Positions 49,440-52,845 of a DNA stretch of 52,845 nucleotides are shown here, in pieces; the stretch's first letter is position 1, and the number at the start of each line of letters is the position of its first letter. Both the position numbers and the translations under genes were made by a program. The notes beneath the pieces are model-generated. The model did not search any database and had not been told where the DNA came from. It saw only the letters and a program-made list of their open reading frames with translations. The stretch is from a virus: positions 1 through 52,845 of IMG/VR virus record IMGVR_UViG_3300034251_000012. The stretch is one strand, 5' to 3'.

Positions 49440-49892
49440 CTACCCCATGTTTCGCACTGACTCAGGGAAATTCCTCTCGTTACCGCGTGACGCCGCCAGC
49501 AGGTTCGGTGGCTGCTCTCCTAACGGCCAGACTCTAACTATCGCCAGCTCTATATTCTCGACGCTGTTCGCCCATCCATTCGCCCGCCCGTTCCTGATGT
49601 GCGCACGAACCCTGAAATACTTGCCGTCGTAAATAGGTATCAGCGCGCCGATACGCTCAACGTTTCTCTCTCTGTACTTCTCGATCAACTCGGCCGACTC
49701 CTCACTTGTCATCTCGCGCTCGTTGATGCGCCAGTTGGGGTGGGACTCGTTAGGCGGCAGTGTCAGGTCGAAAACTCGCCCGCCGGTGAAATGTAAATTC
49801 AGGCTGATCGTGACCGGTATGACGGTTCGGTTGTGCCCGGCGGCCCATCTCTCGCCGTTTTGCTTAATAAGCTGATCAATCTGCTCGTTCAT
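49440..49892 (-). CDS. Hypothetical tail-module protein
   Basis: A 150-aa ORF, somewhat AT-richer than its neighbours. Confidence 0.4.
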   Translation of the reverse strand: MNEQIDQLIKQNGERWAAGHNRTVIPVTISLNLHFTGGRVFDLTLPPNESHPNWRINEREMTSEESAELIEKYRERNVERIGALIPIYDGKYFRVRAHIRNGRANGWANSVENIELAIVRVWPLGEQPPNLLAASRGNERNFPESVRNMG

Positions 49893-49902
49893 CCCTCGCC
49901 TC

Positions 49903-50148
49903 CTAAGTCAAAGTCTGCTCTGCGTAGCCGCATCTCAGATCGGTCGCGTGTTCCCACTTAAAACGGATTAGAGTGCCCGCCGCCGGTGCCAGTGTTCCGG
50001 CTTCCACCACGCCCTCCGCGTCCGCCACGATGTCGGCGAGCGCCGCCGCCCCCGTCACGTTGTAGACCTTGACAACAGCGTCCGGGATGGTTGTCCGTGA
50101 GCCGTCCGCCGCCTTCACGAAGACCTGAAATGATTCGTAATCAGCCAT
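49903..50148 (-). CDS. Hypothetical tail-module protein
   Basis: An 81-aa ORF. Confidence 0.4.
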   Translation of the reverse strand: MADYESFQVFVKAADGSRTTIPDAVVKVYNVTGAAALADIVADAEGVVEAGTLAPAAGTLIRFKWEHATDLRCGYAEQTLT

Positions 50149-50150
50149 AA

Positions 50151-52316
50151 TTAAAGTGTCAGCGTGAAGTTGATGGTGTCTTTGCCCATCGTCACCACAT
50201 CGAAGCCGACGGGATAGGGACGCGAGCCCGCGTGTCCCCCCGGGTTAAATAGAAGCTCTGAAGTGACGAGCGGCGGCGGGTCGGCTTCCATTTGGGCGTA
50301 GAAATCAACCGGGTAGGCCTGCACCTCGAGTTCCACGCGCAAGTCACTCCCGCGCGTGATCTTCATGACTCTGAAATAGTCGAAGCCGTAGATTTCCAGC
50401 TCCGGCACGATCAATCGAATTAGCTGATAAGGCCTGATGCGCAATGCCTGCGAGAGCCACGTCGTGAAGGTCACCCTCAGGTTGTTGAGGATCCCCCCGG
50501 AGTCGAGCGGGCCGAGGTACAGCAACAGGTTGGCGAGGCGCGCGGCCTCAGAGATGTTAGTGATGCCAAAGGCCGGGTAATTTTTGGAGACGACGCGCTT
50601 CGTGCGATCGCCCCAGGCCTTCCCGGCCGCCAACTGCTGTAGTTGATCGCCGAAAGGCACGGTCACGTTTTCGCCGAAGTTCGCGTCATCGTCGAGGGAG
50701 ATGTTGATCTGGTTGATGATCTCGTCGTCCCCCGTGTAGCCCCAGGAGATGTCGGGACGCCGCCCGTCGCCAATGCAAATGTTTACGTCCGCCCCCCTCG
50801 TTGTGAAGACAGGGATTTGGTCGTCGATTGTCTCCTGCTTCAGGGGGTAGAAGTGTTTCTGCCCGGCGAAAGAGAAGGGCACGGCCATGCGCGCGGCGAC
50901 GCAGGCGTCATAGATTTGCTGCTGCGTGGCGCGCGCCGTCAGTTCGATATTTGAAGTCGAGCGGGTGCCGGCGAAGACGTTGCCGTTCGGATCGTGGAAA
51001 GAGACCTGCTCGGCGTGCCATGCCGCGGTCTCGATCGCGCTCGGGATGTTGTAGCGCGCGATGTCCTCACCGTATCCCCACCGCTTGTCCGTGAGCATCC
51101 TCAAGACGTTCCAGACCGGCTGCTGGCAATAGCTCTCGACGTAGCTCTCCGGATCGGAATACTGCCGCACATCGCGCAGGCCTTCGCAGAGGATGGAGCC
51201 GGACAATCCGGACGCCGAGACGTTGCGGTAATCGCCCTGAATGCGCCCGAACGCCACCGACGTTCCCGAGTAGCTGTTGATGTTCGGGCTGAAGGACGTC
51301 GGAGGCTGCGCTAAGGCGCCGTCCCGCACGTTCAAGTGCTGATAGCCGACGAAGACGTTATTGATGCGAAAATCGGAGAGCGACCAGACCGGGCCCTCTG
51401 CCACCTCAAACTGCGCGGCGACGAAGCCTTTGTCCGGATGGTTCGTGTTGTTCTCCGCGCGATATGCGAGCAGGCGGAGCGCCTTCAAGCGGCGCCTGCC
51501 CATCACGACACGGATGGGGTCATGCAAATTGCCCTCGTTGCCGCGCGCGACGGCCAAGAGGTTCGGACCCTTCGTCTGGTTGTTCATCACGCCTTCGACG
51601 ACCGTGTTGAAGGCGGGCCAGTAACGAGTGGTCTCTAAATGAGCCAAACAGGTCGCCACCGAATCACGGGCACAGTTGGTCCACGGCTCTCCCGTCGCGG
51701 GATTGATGAGAGTGCCGATGCTGCCACCCACGTGGACGTTGCGCGGGCAGCCCTGATGCTGGTCTATCTCCTCCTGCGATGCGAGATGCCCTGCCCATAT
51801 AAAGGTGCAGCTCGTTGCCGGGATGCGGTTCGGCAGAAGCAGGTTGGGCGAGCGGAAGCCGCTCGTCACCGTGAGCTTGAGAGTGACGCCGTTCGCGTTC
51901 TTCGGCGCGCCGAGCGTCCCTGTCCAGTCCTCGAGTGTCAGGTGAACCTGCGGATAGTAGGAGAAGACCTGAACTTTGATGCCCTGCCCGTACGTGTGAC
52001 AAAGGCGCGAAATCTCACCGTCGAGATCGGAGAGTTGCACGTCCACCTTGTCATCGGAGATAGATGCCGTCCGCGGCAGCTTCAGGAATCGCTGCCCGTT
52101 CGAGGTGATAATCTTGGCCACTGGTGACAACGGGACGAGCACGATCGTTTGAAAGCCGGCAATCAGGTCAATGTTCGTGAAGCAGTAGTCACGGGCGCCC
52201 TCAGGCGCAGGCCAGTTGAACCGCACCACTTCGGTGAAGAGGATGCGTTCTCCCGTCGCGCGCAAGGATTCGAGCGCGAGCACTTTGGCTAAGATTTCGG
52301 CATCTGTGTCGGGCAT
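50151..52316 (-). CDS. Tail tip / hub protein candidate
   Basis: A 721-aa ORF, the second gene after the tape measure, abutting the 154-aa gene with no gap. Confidence 0.5.
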   Translation of the reverse strand: MPDTDAEILAKVLALESLRATGERILFTEVVRFNWPAPEGARDYCFTNIDLIAGFQTIVLVPLSPVAKIITSNGQRFLKLPRTASISDDKVDVQLSDLDGEISRLCHTYGQGIKVQVFSYYPQVHLTLEDWTGTLGAPKNANGVTLKLTVTSGFRSPNLLLPNRIPATSCTFIWAGHLASQEEIDQHQGCPRNVHVGGSIGTLINPATGEPWTNCARDSVATCLAHLETTRYWPAFNTVVEGVMNNQTKGPNLLAVARGNEGNLHDPIRVVMGRRRLKALRLLAYRAENNTNHPDKGFVAAQFEVAEGPVWSLSDFRINNVFVGYQHLNVRDGALAQPPTSFSPNINSYSGTSVAFGRIQGDYRNVSASGLSGSILCEGLRDVRQYSDPESYVESYCQQPVWNVLRMLTDKRWGYGEDIARYNIPSAIETAAWHAEQVSFHDPNGNVFAGTRSTSNIELTARATQQQIYDACVAARMAVPFSFAGQKHFYPLKQETIDDQIPVFTTRGADVNICIGDGRRPDISWGYTGDDEIINQINISLDDDANFGENVTVPFGDQLQQLAAGKAWGDRTKRVVSKNYPAFGITNISEAARLANLLLYLGPLDSGGILNNLRVTFTTWLSQALRIRPYQLIRLIVPELEIYGFDYFRVMKITRGSDLRVELEVQAYPVDFYAQMEADPPPLVTSELLFNPGGHAGSRPYPVGFDVVTMGKDTINFTLTL

Positions 52317-52781
52317 CTATAGTTCGTCCGGGTTGCCTTCGGTCTCACCGAGAGAGCCGTCCTCCAAAGTGTTGACGCCGCGCACGAACACCTGCTCGAT
52401 CTCCAGACTCGTGTTCGATAGCTCGTGGTTGACCCTATTGATGTCCAAAACGTTCTGCGGGAAGTAGCAGAGGTAGTCCTTGCGCTCGTGCGGGTCAGTG
52501 AAGACGATGGGGCGATTACCCTCTCGCTTGCTTTCGACATATAGCTGCCAGATGTAATCGAGGCGGGACACACGGTGCCCGCCCGGCACCGTGACGTAGA
52601 GGTCCGTGTAGAGGCGGTTGTAGCCTATCTGCCAGGAGCGCAGGCCGTTGACTGAACCGACAACGATGTCTTCGCGGTAGCCGCCGGGGAAGGATGCGCT
52701 CAGCAGGGTCTCGTTGAAGTCAATGCGCCGCCGGGCAGCGAAGCCTCTATATAACAATCTCGGAAAAGCCTGATCTGGCAT
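52317..52781 (-). CDS. Distal tail / minor tail protein candidate
   Basis: A 154-aa ORF. Across the circular junction its start (52781, equal to position 63) lies 9 nt downstream of the tape measure stop (73). Confidence 0.45.
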   Translation of the reverse strand: MPDQAFPRLLYRGFAARRRIDFNETLLSASFPGGYREDIVVGSVNGLRSWQIGYNRLYTDLYVTVPGGHRVSRLDYIWQLYVESKREGNRPIVFTDPHERKDYLCYFPQNVLDINRVNHELSNTSLEIEQVFVRGVNTLEDGSLGETEGNPDEL

Positions 52782-52845
52782 AGCCTCACCTCACCTCGCA
52801 AACCCCATGTTGTTGAGCATGCCAAAAGTGGTCTCGTGGTTGGCG
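52719..52845. repeat. Terminal direct repeat, copy 2 (assembly overlap indicating circularity)
   Basis: Exact identity with 1-127. Confidence 0.95.

Larger units (their letters stand above)
1..52718. mobile_element. Complete circular or circularly permuted genome of a temperate long-tailed (siphovirus-like) dsDNA phage, possibly maintained as a phage-plasmid
   Basis: Nt 1-127 are identical to 52719-52845, so the unique unit is 52,718 bp. It contains a full morphogenesis module (terS, terL, portal, S49 protease, capsid, tape measure, fibres), lysis genes, a CI/Cro-like divergent switch, replication genes and parA. There is no sheath gene. No integrase-like ORF was recognised. Confidence 0.8.

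Noticed and set aside
1-52845. tRNA, rRNA or tmRNA genes, integrase and attP.
   Set aside because: The intergenic regions are short, and by eye none showed cloverleaf-like structure. No ORF shows tyrosine- or serine-recombinase hallmarks. Absence cannot be proven without tRNAscan or HMM searches.

Overview
The first 127 nt are identical to the last 127 nt (1-127 = 52719-52845). The window is therefore one complete circular, or circularly permuted, replicon of 52,718 bp. It reads as a high-GC temperate tailed phage. There is no tail sheath gene and the tape measure is 1279 aa, which implies a long non-contractile tail.

Gene layout:
- Late operon, minus strand, running from about 20157 down through the window origin to 44037. 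It encodes lysis genes (M15 endolysin, holin-like protein), a CheY-like receiver protein, a metallopeptidase, terS and terL, portal, an S49 prohead protease, a capsid-associated protein, the major capsid protein, head-tail joining proteins, a tail tube candidate, a chaperone candidate, the tape measure, tail-tip proteins, and two fibre-like proteins.
- Leftward early operon, minus strand, 26795 to 20196. It encodes a Cro-like HTH, a PD-(D/E)XK-like protein, an SNF2 helicase, a cold-shock protein, an AbrB-like protein, and an O-like replication initiator with an internal iteron cluster.
- Immunity region: a divergent CI-like/Cro-like switch at 26796-26955.
- AT-richer accessory island, 27500-29700: a TPR plus S24-like fusion protein next to a small secreted peptide.
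- Rightward early operon, plus strand, 29444-37235. It carries a ParB-like / Ubl / E2-like / JAB / E1-like cassette arranged like the uncharacterised PRTRC cassette, plus an NDT-like gene and a PolX-like gene.
- Partition-like operon, minus strand, 39704-37695: HTH, ParA, and a second initiator-like paralog with its own repeats.
- Short plus-strand operon, 39867-42186, including a WGR-ligase.
- Moron-like genes: two lipoproteins and a secreted alpha/beta hydrolase that is a paralog of the C-terminus of one fibre protein.

I recognised no integrase, recombinase, tRNA, rRNA or CRISPR array. Together with parA, this suggests a phage-plasmid lifestyle. All functional calls come from motif recognition by eye and from gene order; no database search was possible.
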